Of a stretch of DNA of 64,000 nt, positions 1 through 12,321 are shown piece after piece. How positions within the stretch are numbered: position 1 is the first letter of the stretch; every line of letters starts with the position of its first letter. The position numbers were made by a program, and so were the translations under genes. Origin of the DNA: Podarcis vaucheri (Eukaryota); assembly GCA_965113315.1 (NCBI GenBank), contig OZ220372.1; one strand, written 5' to 3'. Below the pieces are notes generated by a model. That model did no database searches, had not been told where the DNA came from, and saw only the letters and a list, made by a program, of their open reading frames with translations.

Positions 1-34
1 ACATTTGCATCACCTGAACTAAGGCCTGTTCGTA

Positions 35-386
35 AGGTAAAGGTAAAGGGACCCCTGACCGTTAGGTCCAGTTGTGGACGACTCTGGGGTTGCGGCACTC
101 ATCTTGCTTTACTGGCCGAGGGAGCCGGCGTACCACTTCCGGGTCATATGGCCAGCATGACTAAGCCGCTTCTGACGAAACCAGAGCAGCGCACGGAAAC
201 GCCGTTTACCTTCCCACCAGAGCGGTACCTATTTATCTACTTGCACTGCGTGCTTTCGAACTGCTAGGTTGGCAGGAGCAGGGACCAAGCAACGGGAGCT
301 CACCCTGTTGTGGGGATTCGAACCGCCGACCTTCTGATTGGCAAGCCCTAGGCTCTGTGGTTTAGACCACAGCGCCACCCACATCC
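35..386 (-). mobile_element. Sauria SINE (tRNA-derived head, (ACCTTT)n tail)
   Basis: Near-identical to four other copies in the window; flanked by imperfect TSD TGTTCGTA (27-34) / TGTTCATA (387-394). Confidence 0.9.
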
Positions 387-480
387 TGTTCATAGGTCCC
401 TATAAATTCAGTGCTGTGATTCCTACTTGCCACAATAAAACTACCCAATTTTTACGTGGTCTCCTTAGAAGAACAAAATA

Positions 481-1464
481 ATACATCTCCTTAATCAGAC
501 AAAGGGCCTGTCTAGCCTAGGACCCAGTTTAAAGTGGCCTAGCAGAAGCTCACAAGAGAGCCTAAAGGCAAGACCCCTCCCCACCATTTACTCAGGAAAT
601 AGTTGCAGTCATTGAACAAGAGGACAGATTCTTTCCCTCCCCACACCATACATAACTAAACCTCTTATCGTCCTCTCTGTTGGGTTCTTGTCTTTTTTTC
701 TAACGTAAAAAGCTTCAAACCTTTTAACCTTTTCTCATATAGAAAGTGCTCCCAACCCCCTAGATAATTTTGCCTGCCTTTTTCCTGCAGTGTTTGGTTC
801 TCCAGTATTACCTAACACAATATTCAATATGAGGCTAGATCATGTATTTACATAAGAACATTATTACATTGTCCATTTTTATTTTTATGATCATTCAGTC
901 CTTCTCCTAATAATTCCCAGCATGGAAATTTGCCATGTTCACTGATTAAACATAATGAGTTGACATTTTTCATTGAGTTATTCACAGTGATTCCATGCTC
1001 CTTTTCCTGACTGGTTACTGTCAGCTTGCATATGTACCAATAGGGTAAAATATCCTAGTTTCAGAGCTTATCATTTTATACCTGCATATATTTTACTCTT
1101 TTGTTGTGCTTTCCCAATTTGGAAAGGTTCCTTTGGAGTTATATTGGGGTTTTTTTACCATCCTGAATCATGTTTGTCTCATACACAAATATGGGTGCTT
1201 ACCTGCTCACCTCAAGCTTCAGATATTTCTAAAATAAATATCCCTGCCAATACAGATCCTTGTGGAACCTGAATATTTACCTCTTTCCACTGTAATAGTC
1301 TGTTGATTCTTACCTTTCAACCTCCTGTTCTTTAAACACTTACAATCCATTAGAGAACCAATCTTCATATTCAGTGACTCCTAAGAGCTTTTGGTGATGG
1401 GTTTTGTCAAAAGCCTTTTGGAAGTCCAAGTATTCAGTGTCTTAATGTGTTTGTTGACATGAAC
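481..1464 (-). mobile_element. Old, heavily decayed CR1-type LINE remnant (continues at ~3907-4150)
   Basis: Degenerate similarity to the reverse complement of CR1 ORF2/3' end (e.g. GTCAAAAGCCTTTTGGAAGTCCAAGTA reads YLDFQKAFD on -); no intact ORF; boundaries approximate. Confidence 0.55.
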
Positions 1465-1522
1465 CTCTAAAACAGTCATAGGCAAACTCCGGTCCTCCAG
1501 TTTTTTGGGACTACAATTCCCA

Positions 1523-2097
1523 CACAAGATTTGCCCACGCTGGAAGAATGGCAGACGCAACTGATAGACTATATGGAATTGGCAGAAATGACTGGCAGAA
1601 TCCGGGACCTGGGAGAAGAGACAGTGGAAGAGGACTAGAAAAAGTTCAAGGACTACTTGCAAAAGCATTGTAAATTGTATGAATGTTAAGATGATGCAGG
1701 ATAGAAAATAATCTGGCATTAGTAACTTAGTGGAAAGAGGTATGAAAATAAGCGAACTATAAGAACAAGGTTGAAATTTGGATTAATATTATGTCAAATT
1801 TAAATATCTAAATATTTGATAATAAAGCCTAAAATTGGAGACATAATATTTGAAAATTACAAAATAAGATTTGAAAGAAGGTGAAGCACTGCTGAATATA
1901 ACTTTATAAACGGGAACGCAGGAAAGGGAGATGTGAGGAAGTCCGAAAGGTAGGCTATGGAAAATTGGTTTATTGAAATCTAATTATGTTGTATGTTATT
2001 TGTTTTGTGTTTACTTTTTTATGTTGGTGATGGTGTTCTTTTATGTTTGGTGATGTATTGTTTAAAACCTTTAATAAATATCTTTTTATAAAAAAAA
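1523..2097 (+). mobile_element. 5'-truncated L1-clade LINE (ORF2 C-terminus, 3' UTR, polyA)
   Basis: Translates QDLPTLEEWQTQLIDYMELAEMTGR...KKFKDYLQKHC, homologous to ORF 58818-59177; AATAAA plus A-tail; perfect 11-bp TSD TACAATTCCCA (1512-1522 / 2098-2108). Confidence 0.85.
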
Positions 2098-2121
2098 TAC
2101 AATTCCCATCATCCCTGACCA

Positions 2122-3870
2122 GAAACAGTGGGGGTCACTCAGAGGAGAAGATGGTGAAATGCAAACAGGGGACACAGAAAGGGCTGAACTCCTCAATGCC
2201 TTCTTTGCCTCAGTCTTCTCCGATAAAGAAAACAATGCCCGACCTGAAGAATTTGGAGCAAATGATTCAGCAAAGGAAACACAGCCCAGAATAACTAAGG
2301 CGATAGTACAAGAATACTTGGCTAGTTTAGATGTATTCAAGTCTCCAGGGCCAGATGAACTGCATCCAAGAGTATTAAAAGAACTGGCAGATGTGATCTC
2401 AGAACCACTGGCAGTCATCTTTGAGAATTCCTGGAGAACAGGCGAAGTCCCGGAAGACTGGAGGACGGCAAATGTTGTCCCTATTTTCAAAAAGGGGAAA
2501 AGAGAGGACCCAAATAATTACCGCCCAGTCAGTCTGACATCAATACGAGGGGAGATTCTGGAGCAGATCATTAAGCAAACAGTCTGTGAGCACCTAGAAA
2601 GGAATGCTGTGAGCACCAATAGTCAGCATGGATTTCTGAAAAATAAGTCATGTCAGACTAACCTGATCTCGTTTTTTGACAGAATTACAAGCCTGGTAGA
2701 TGAAGGGAACGCAATGGATGTAGCCTACCTTGATTTCAGCAAGGCATTTGACAAGGTGCCCCATGATATTCTTGTAAAGAAGCTGGGTAAAATGCGGTCT
2801 TGACTATGCTACCACTCAGTGGATTTGTAACTGGCTGACTGACCGAACCCAAAGGGTGCTCATCAATGGTTCCTCTTCATCCTGGAGAAGAGTGACTAGT
2901 GGGGTGCCACAGGGTTCTGTCTTGGGCCCGGTCTTATTCAACATCTTTATCAACGACTTGGATGATGGACTCAAGGGCATCCTGATCAAATTTGCAGATG
3001 ACACCAAATTGGGAGGGGTGGCTAACACCCCAGAGGACAGGATCACACTTCAAAACGACCTTGACAGATTAGAGAACTGGGCAAAAACAAACAAGATGAA
3101 TTTTAACAGGGAGAAATGTAAAGTATTGCACTTGGGCAAAAAAAAACGAGAGGCACAAATACAAGATGGGTGACACCTGGCTTGAGAGCAGTACATGTGA
3201 AAAGGATCTAGGAGTCTTGGTTGACCACAAACTTGACATGAGCCAACAGTGTGACGCGGCAGCTAAAAAAGCCAATGCAATCCTGGGCTGCATCAATAGG
3301 AGTATAGCATCTAGATCAAGGGAAGTAATAGTGCCACTGTATTCTGCTCTGGTCAGACCTCACCTGGAGTACTGTGTCCAGTTCTGGGCACCACAGTTCA
3401 AGAAGGACACTGACAAACTGGAACGTGTCCAGAGGAGGGCAACCAAAGTGGTCAAAGGCCTGGAAACGCCTTATGAGGAACGGCTAAGGGAGCTGGGCAT
3501 GTTTAGCCTGGAGAAAAGGAGGTTAAGGGGTGATATGATAGCCATGTTCAAATATATAAAAGGATGTCACATAGAGGAGGGAGAAAGGTTGTTTTCTGCT
3601 GCTCCAGAGAAGCGGACACAGAGCAATGGATCCAAACTACAAGAAAGAAGATTCCACCTAAACATTAGGAAGAACTTCCTGACAGTAAGAGCTGTTTGAC
3701 AGTGGAATTTGCTGCCAAGGAGTGTGGTGGAGTCTCCTCCTTTGGAGGTCTTTAAGCAGAGGCTTAACAACCATATGTCAGGAGTGCTCTGATGGTGTTT
3801 CCTGCTTGGCAGGGGGTTGGACTCGATGGCCCTTGTGGTCTCTTCCAACTCTATAATTATATGATTCTAC
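2122..3870 (+). mobile_element. 5'-truncated young CR1 LINE, reverse transcriptase pseudogene with two frameshifts
   Basis: ORFs 2159-2803, 2856-3173 and 3166-3699 carry CR1 motifs ([57 protein letters not shown]); ATTCTATG-type tail; short TSD GACCA. Confidence 0.95.
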
Positions 3871-4373
3871 GACCACTGGTCCTGTTAGATAGGGATTGTT
3901 CTAAAAGGTTGATGAGGCAGGATTCCCCATTGAGGAAGTGCTTCCCATTGGCTCTGTACTTCGTTCTTCAATATGCTTAATAATGCTTTCTACCAATTTA
4001 CCATGGATAGACATTAGACCAACAGGCCTATAATTTCCTGTGTTGATTTTACATTGGCTACCTTCTAATTATCTAGTACAGAAATATGTAAGACGTTACA
4101 CATCTTTGTGAAAAGATGAACAATTTCACATTTGAGTTCTTAAGAAAGTCTCAGGTAGGAAGAAGTGACGTCCTCTGCCAGCTGTGCAGGCCTCCCTGGC
4201 TCAGCAGTGAACTGCACTGGGCCACAACTGGCACCCATTGTAAAAGCTGAGCAATATATTCCACTAGATTCCTCCTACTAACATTATTTTCCCAATAAAG
4301 TATTTATATAGGTAAACTTACTGAACATATGGACAATAACTGGACATACCAGCAATACCTCATATGTCTTTTA

Positions 4374-4816
4374 TGTTAGAATTCCTGCTCCATGTTTGCA
4401 GTCATAGGATTGTTGTCTATCACATGATGGTGTATGTTTTGACTCCACAAAGTGGGAAGTGACAGAGACAGGATGTTTGTGTTACTGTGTTCCGTGAAGT
4501 GGGACTATTGTCCTTTGTTCTTTTTCTCTTTGCTGTCTGATGCTAGAGAGGGAGTCATGTTGCAGTGTTCCGTGTGTGTTTATATGTAAATAAAGTAGAT
4601 TAGCCAAAATGCTGAGTTGCTGAGGTCTGTTATGCAAGCTGCGAAGACTCTGCGGATCCCTAAGTGTGCTGATGTCTGTTGGCATCGGTCGCTGTGATGT
4701 TTGGTCAGAAGAAAGCTTTTGAAACTCCCGAACGATCGACCAGGAGGGAGGGAACATGTCAGTGAGGTGTGTGTCTCTACCAGGGTCCTACTCAAGTGTA
4801 GAATGAGCTCCTGACA
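4374..4816 (+). mobile_element. Solo LTR (~443 bp; Gypsy or ERV)
   Basis: TGTTAG...CTGACA termini, internal AATAAA at 4589-4594, 5-bp TSD with one mismatch (TTTTA / CTTTA). Confidence 0.65.
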
Positions 4817-6239
4817 CTTTATAGTGGAGTATAATGCCACCATTGCCTTTGGTTTTAAAAGATATACTTTAAAATTATAATATTAAACTGTTCCTTTTTA
4901 GTGGCTTATAGTCAGTTGTGCACAGTTTATTTCAAGGGATGAGGTCCGTTTAAATATTAATCTGCTTATTTTTTTTATCTGGCTCAGCTATTAATCTTGC
5001 ATGTAATTTATGGATAATAACCAAAAACAAGGTGAAAGAAAAGGAGCTGGTCTCCATGTGGTGGTAACATCATTTCCATCACTGATACTGGATGACTTCA
5101 TATTACACGCACTTGCAAAGAACAGCCCTCACCTTTTTACAGACTCAAACCCTCATATAAATAGGGACGGAAAAGTCACAATTGCTAACAGTACTTGGAA
5201 TCTATCCCTTTCTGGAAAGTAGTAAGCATACTCAATTGATTAGTAGCTTTGAACTACTACTAGTAAAAACTAGTAAATTTTGTTGCTGTTTGGTGTAAGA
5301 TGTGTGTTTGGTTTTATTGTTCATCCAAAGTTAGGGATGTATATAAGAATGTGTGAGTGCGTAGAGATGCGCACAAACACACAAAATATATGCTATTTTG
5401 ACTGATGATCAACCCTGCCTTAATTATCATTGCTAAAACTTAATTTCCAGTGCAATAGTGTCTTAATTCCTTCCTGTCTGCAATTGGTAATTGTAGGGAT
5501 ATTTTTCTTATCTGTCTACTTATTGAGAGGAAAGTTTCACCGCTGTCCAATGATGACTTATCCATCAAACTGGGCTTTTCTGTCTGTCCAGATCCAGAAG
5601 TGGCTAGCCCTCCTCAGATTGCTTTCTAACAGCTGTATGGGGCCACCCATCTGTCAGTTGCTTGATGTCATATGATATCAGGCACAGGAAAGATGGTTGT
5701 GGTTCACACAAAATTCCAGAGGTTCACCACCACTAGTTTAAACCATAGTTAAAAATGAACTATTAACGTGAACAAGCAGTGTGCTGATGTACACTTTCCA
5801 AGCAAAACACAAGTTGGAGACAAACCATTAAACTTAGATCATTAGCATGATTTATATTGCTAGTCCAGCTTCATCAGAATTTAGCAACAATATTCATGAT
5901 CCAGCTGATGTTTCTCCTATCCGTCTGCTTCTATTTCAAAGGGAAGCTTTCAGCATGCTTAATTATGTAATTAAAACCATGGGAAAATCTGTACTACTTA
6001 ATTTTGACGGGATTTTATTCTGTATGTTCAGCTTATTTACCTTTTATTTTCAGCAATTGTGCAGATGTTCTCTGCGCAGCAAAACTTTCTCAGTTTTAAT
6101 GTTAGCAAGAGTTGCCAAAAGTTGTTGATATCCAAGGTACAAACTTGCCCTATGAGCCAGTCTGATTGCTTCCATTGGCTAATTGATGTTTTGCTGTGAA
6201 AAGGTTGGGCTTATTATTGTGATTTTTCATTTCTTTCAG

Positions 6240-6365
6240 TTACTGTAATGGGTGCATGCTGGATCCAATTTGTGGCTTCTGCTACAAACTAAACAAGTCA
6301 AGTGTTGTGGAGTCCTCCTGTGTCCCTGTCGATAGGAAGTCTACAATGGAAGCAGCCTGGGGCAG
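6240..6365 (+). CDS. SLC2A13: SLC2A13 coding exon (126 bp), Cys-rich extracellular loop
   Basis: tttcag|T...GGCAG|gtacgt; translates [42 protein letters not shown], matching the HMIT loop; phase 2 joins the next exon. Not in the ORF track. Confidence 0.95.
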
Positions 6366-7910
6366 GTACGTTGCTTTTGTGTTGCTTAATTTCATATTAA
6401 AAGGACCTTAATATCCTTTTATAAGAAGTGCCACTGTTACACTTGTCCTCAAACTGGTATTTTGTCATTATAATAATAATGTGCACCAGAGGTTTCCTCT
6501 TGTCAAAAACCCTCTCATTTTGCTTCCATTTTCCCCCTTTCTCAAAAAATAAAAACGCTGTAGGATGGAATCGTTTGTGAGTGCTGACTTAAAGGTCACA
6601 TCACACTTTCTTTTTGAACATCAATGGCAAAGACAAAAACAAACCTTAATAACCCTTGTGCCAAGACCCAATGCTGACTCTGGCAGTGGAGGGACTTAGT
6701 GCACATCAAATTGATGAGGTGGCAAGAAGCAAAAATAATTAAAGATGACACAATGTTGCAACAGTAAATATTGCACCATGCACCCTGATCTCTGAGCAGC
6801 TTTCAGGGGTTCCGGCAATTACCTTGGTTTTTGGTTTTTGGAGACTGGTAGGGTTTTCTGTGATCAAAGGTTTATTTTACACATATGTTCAGGCTTAGCA
6901 TTAGATGGAAGGCTCACAGCTGTATCACTCAAACAGATTGCATTCGCCTATTTGTTGTTTTTGGGGGTGGGGGTACCAAACCCATAGCTTTATTTTCTCC
7001 TGGAGAGCAAGCCAAGCCTCTGCATCTGTCCAGCCCAGTTTCTAGTTTTCCAGGCCCTTTTGTTCACTTGCACTCCATGACATTTCCATGACATCACATC
7101 CCGCCAGAAGAGGGAGAAGAAAGACCATGCCCCCATCTAGAAGGATGCCCAACCATTAGCTCCTATGGCAACAGAGTACCTATACTAATCAATCGCTTTA
7201 GTTACTCAGAAGCCCGTTATTGTTTGACAAAGAAGTGACAGTAATGATACTTTGAGACAAGTTTAACTGAAACATAATTCAGGATGACGTATTTCACTAC
7301 TTTGGCTGGTATCTACCAGAATATATTTCTACGTCTGGTAAAATTTTCTAAACTATGCTGTGCTATTGACTACCCCACTTCCAGTTAATATGGAGGTGGC
7401 TGGCAAGGAATTTAAACAATCTCTGTCCTTAAGTCCAGTTTCTAACTCTAGAAATTCATTCTGAATTTGGAAATTATATAAAGGAAGTATACTATTTGAC
7501 TCCAGTATGGTTAACTGGGTTTGTAATTGGTGACTTCCTTGCAAATTCTGAACACCCTCAAATGCTCTTTTGCAGAAATTAAGAAGCAAGCCCATTTCCT
7601 TCTGTCGTATAAACTGAACAAAATACTTTTAAAGAGCTTTCTGTTGTACAGACCGTTGTTTGTGAGCCATTTTATTCCCATTTTTTATTCCCAGGTAGAG
7701 GGGCATAGAAAGTAATAGTAGGGGAAAAGGCCAAAGGAAATAGATAGTGGTGAATTCAAGAACATGCTACTCACTGAATTTCAATGAGCCAAAAGGCAGC
7801 CAGTGTGTGCATTCACAAAGTAGCCATCTCTGATGCTACCTTCTAATGTGCCATATCCCTTCATGCTTCTTTAATATGTCCCACCAACCCAAAACTTGTG
7901 ATTTATGGTT

Positions 7911-7913
<3 letters not shown>

Positions 7914-7952
<39 letters not shown>
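7914..7952. repeat. (AC)n microsatellite
   Basis: Direct observation. Confidence 0.95.
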
Positions 7953-7956
<4 letters not shown>

Positions 7957-8385
7957 TTTTCATTCAGATACCTCTTGAAAAGCAAATACCAAGATTACAT
8001 ACTATTTTGTGACATCCGTGTCCCATTGACCTGCTGAAATTTCACTCCTTTTTAGTATTTTCATGTGATGCATCAAACTGCATAGCTGTCAGAATGACTG
8101 ACTTAAACTGTGCTTGAGAAGGTGGAATTATCACTTGGGTTCATACAAATCTAGTCACAGTTGTCAGAAGTAATGGGCTGTTTGTTAATGAGTGTCACAC
8201 TCTTTTCACACCATTAGTGCTTTTTTAAAATATGTCCACATCAGTGTTTATAAAAGTTCCTAATTTGGTGCCAGTAGAAGTTCAGTCTTACATCAATTGC
8301 AACAATGTATAATACCTCTCAGTTTTAGGGGGATTTTAGAATATGGCCCCTCTCAATATGTACTCTTGCATGCCATCCCAATCTC

Positions 8386-8838
8386 TGAGCGGCTCAAGAT
8401 TAAAGGGTTTCCAGGCGCTTATTTACCCAGGGTTCGGTTTCCTTGGCATGAGGGACAGCGGAGACTGTGGTGTCTTAATGATATATGGTTTATTTACACA
8501 TAAATGCAACCTGAGCCTATGATGGAGGAGCTCGCAGCATTAACACTGCAGAGGGTCTTGCTTCTCCCATAGCCACAGTCTTTGATTCAAGCAGAAATCA
8601 AGCATGGCTCTCACTCTCTGGCGTCTGCCTGCAGCCTGCTTCCAGTCCAGCTCAAACACACACCGCACTTTTGTCTTTTTCACTACCAGCCAAGTGAGGG
8701 AAAGGGCCCACCCATTTGCTCTCTGGCACAGTGCAACTTCTTTTCTTATACTAGTGACCAGTACAGCCAATGGGATCCTCCATTAGGTTTTAACCCTTGC
8801 TGGATCCAGGCATTAGAAAGGGCTTAGGCATCATAACA
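8386..8838 (-). mobile_element. Possible solo LTR
   Basis: On - begins TGTTATGATGCC, with AATAAA near 8489-8494; left boundary and TSD not resolved. Confidence 0.35.
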
Positions 8839-9689
8839 ACCTAACCTCCACACCCCAACGCAGAACGGTATTCTCTTTAGCCTTCCACTTCTTTTTCCCC
8901 CTTTCCTCAAAAGACAAAGAGATTGAAGAATTGTAAGCATTCCAAAAAATTGAGCTATTTTTGGTCATTTTCATAAATCTTATTTTCCTGAGATAGATTA
9001 AATAATCTATTAAATAATTTATTTAATAGATTAAATAAATAAACTTTAATGAAAGGGTAATTTTTTAAGATTGGATTTACTAATTGTATTGGTAACATAA
9101 CTTCAATGCAGTTGTGAAATAGGTTAAGGCTGGCTAGTTTAATAATGTATAGGTCAGTCAGGTTAGCAAATGGTATTTGTATAATGTGCTATAAGAATGC
9201 ATGAAATTTATATTTAGTACTCAAAGCTGCACCAATGAATTGCACTACCTTTTGAAAGTATCATTCAGGATTAGAACACAATCATGCTGTTAGTTCATTC
9301 ATGTGGGAAGAACCTAGTTCTGTCATCTGGAAGCTTCACAATTCACCTTCCGACTCTAAAACAGTTGAAATATTTCAAGACAAAAATCAACATCAAGTGT
9401 GATTAATGTAATCATTGTTCTTCTGACAAACATGTCTCTGTGCTCTTCTATTCTTGTGCTGTTGATTACAGCTGTTATAATTGTACTTAATGATGGCTAA
9501 TGACTGAAATAGCGTTTAGAATAATAGGACATTAAAGCAAGGCTTTACTTCTTTCTGTTAAGAAGACCTTTCACAATGGTGAGAGCATAAAAGACCAACT
9601 AAATACTGTTGCTTGCTTGCAAAAGTTGCTTTCTTGCAATCCAATGAAGTGTGAGTCTTGTAACATAAGGAAAAGGGAATATCACATTG

Positions 9690-9734
9690 GAAGAAGAAGA
9701 AGAAGAAGAAGAAGAAGAAGAAGAAGAAGAAGAA
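9690..9734. repeat. (GAA)~15 trinucleotide repeat
   Basis: Direct observation. Confidence 0.95.
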
Positions 9735-11695
9735 AACAAATTGAAAAGAAAACCCAACTTGGTTTACTCTTTTTGACTAAAATCAAAGTTATGTTTGAAA
9801 TTGATGGCATTGGAGAACAAGCTTACATCAGGACATTAGAAACACTTTAGCTTTAAGTCTCATTAAACCTGGGCGAATGCAAAAAGCTTCTTGGCAACCT
9901 AATTAATCATTGCAGTATTCTTGGGAGGTGTTATTCACTACTGAATAGCTTGTTTTCTATTCCCTGATTTTGATCTGCTTAAGGACCAGTTTGCTAAGTA
10001 TATCGCTGGGTGGTTGCAATGTGTCCAAGGGTACCCTTCTCAATTGAAAAGTGGAGGAGTTACAAACCTTTATAAGAACAGGAGGGTGGATGTGCTCAGA
10101 ATGCAGACAATATATTTAATGTCCACCCCGCTTAGTGTCTTTGGCCATGCTGTGACGTTCTGGGGTGTTAGATGTTCATGAGCATTTTCTGCATTGCTGT
10201 CAGGATGATTGGTGATAAAAATTCTGAAGTCTGCAGAGCACAGCTCCTGGTGTTTCGGCTCTAGACAAACTTTCTGGTTTGTATACAGTAGCAAATGCCT
10301 TGTTTGGGCGAAACTGATTAAAATGACACCATTGTGCCCTCAACTGCAGTTCAGTTGCCTAGTCACTTGCTTAGTGTCATAATAAATTGTATGAAAGCTG
10401 GAGAGAGTTAAGCAAACAGTCTTCCCTGTTCATGCAGCTGTGCTTTTCCCTGTGCTGTGCTGAGGACATACAGCGCACATTTAGTGGTGAAATTCAGGAT
10501 TACTGAAATTCAGGATTACAGTGGCCCATCTGCACATCATGGTAAACCATAGAATTTTGTGTATGTTCCCCTACCTCTAGAGCAAACAACGATCCCTGCC
10601 TTATTTCTGCATCTAACCTGGGAGTCATAGTTTGTTTCTCTACAAACCAACCATACTTGGTTAGTCAAGAGCAAACCTTGTCTGAACATGGTTGGGTTTT
10701 TTGGAACACGGCAAACCATGATCCTCGGTTTGGATGTAATACTAAGCCAGGGATTGTGATTTTTGCTACTGCTGGGGGAGCAGTGAAGCAAGAGCCATCT
10801 GTGTGCTCACAGTAAACCATTAGCTATAGTTTGGCTCTGTTCATCTGTCACAGTAATGCCTGTGGGAAGTAGGTTGGCCACTGTGAACAGGATTAGGTGT
10901 GCCTTTGGGTTCTTTGAGACACACAAAAGTAACAACATATTTTCCTTTTGCAGCTGGTTACGTATGTGCATTTAATAGCTTCCTGGCCCACTTTCTAGAG
11001 CTGCTAAACTTAAAAATGAGTTCCTGTTCATAATGAAAGAATAGAGCCCTTGATGAAATATACACGAGCAGCATAATGTGTAAGCTGAATACTTGTACAA
11101 TTAAGTCTCAATGACTTTGGTTCACACACAGAAACAACACCCATGTTGTCAGACTTCCTGTTCATATAGTTGAGAATCTAAGTATTGCCATTCTGAGTCA
11201 GACTAAGATCCATCTAGTTGTCATTGTTTCAAGAAGTGGACAGCTGGTAATCAGAGGCAGGGTATTGACATAATTATCCCTCACAATTTTAATCTATTTT
11301 AAAAGCAGATAAGGACTGTGCCCTAAATATTCCTCTCTCTTAATTTTGTGAGCTTAAAAGTGCTGTGAGGAGAAAACTTCAAAAAACATGATAGCAGTAT
11401 TCCTCCTTTTAATAACGCTCAGTGCCATATTTTTAATCTGCTGTTGGTCTGGCACTTGTTGCTGCTTCTTCCTGGATAAGTCACAAGAGAAGATACGAAG
11501 AGGCCTTCCTATCCAGTCCAACATCCTGCTCCCATAGTTGTCAGATGCCTATGGGAAACCCACAAACAGGACACAAGGGCAGTAGCTCTCTCCTTCTGTT
11601 GTTACCAAATGATTCGCATCTGACCCTGGAAAGAGTTTATCACTATTGTACTAGACACATGGTCTTGCACTAGCTGTTTAGGAATGCATACACTA

Positions 11696-11918
11696 CAGCC
11701 AAACTTTGGTTCTCAAAAGGCTCCGTTGCCGAACATTTCGGCTCCTGAACACCAAAAACCCAGAAGTAAATGCTCCGGTTTTCGAACCTTTTTCGGAACC
11801 TGAACGTCCAATGCAACTTCTGGTTGAGTGCAAGAAGCACTTGCAACAAATCAGAAGCTGCGCCTCGGTTGTCCAACGGTGTCCGGAATGGATTACATTC
11901 AACAACCGAGTTTGACTG
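11696..11918. mobile_element. Tc1/mariner-pogo (Tigger-like) MITE
   Basis: TA TSD; imperfect TIRs CAGCCAAACTTTGGTT / AACCGAGTTTGACTG. Confidence 0.75.
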
Positions 11919-11971
11919 TATTGAAAGCTAAGGACAGCATGAGCATTGGTTCTTAAAAGCAAGAATAGTAA

Positions 11972-12321
11972 AGGTAAAGGGACCCTTGACCATTAGGTCC
12001 AGTAGTGACCGACTCTGGGGTTGCAGCGCTCATCTCGCTTTATTGGCTGAGGGAGCCGGCGTACAGCTTCCGGGTCATGTGGCCAGCATGACTAAGCTGC
12101 TTCTGGCGAACCAGAGCAGTGCACGGAAACGCTGTTTACCTTCCCGCCGGAGCGGTACCTATTTATCTACTTGCACTTTGACGTGCTTTCGAACTGCTAG
12201 GTTGGCAGGAACAGGGACCGAGCAATGGGAGCTCACCCCGTCACGCGGATTCGAACCGCCGACCTTCTGATCGGCAAGTCCTAGGCTCTGTGGTTTAACC
12301 CAAAGCGCCACCCGCATCCCA
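11972..12321 (-). mobile_element. Sauria SINE
   Basis: Full-length copy; TSD AAGAATAGTAA (11961-11971 / 12322-12332). Confidence 0.92.

Larger units (their letters stand above)
1473..3898. mobile_element. hAT-like MITE split into three pieces (1473-1522, 2098-2121, 3871-3898) by L1 and CR1 insertions
   Basis: Pieces join as CAGTCATAGGCAAACTCC...GGACTACAATTCCCATCATCCCTGACCACTGGTCCTGTTAG...; 8-bp TSD CTCTAAAA (1465-1472) / TTCTAAAA (3899-3906). Confidence 0.65.

Noticed and set aside
1-6239. Further upstream SLC2A13 exons
   Set aside because: No matching HMIT peptide found; they probably lie before the window.
9617-9850. Poly-Arg ORF (also poly-Ile/Asn/Tyr ORFs at 18813, 56389, 61028-61614 and the ER-repeat ORF at 49544)
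   Set aside because: Translations of microsatellites and L2 tails.
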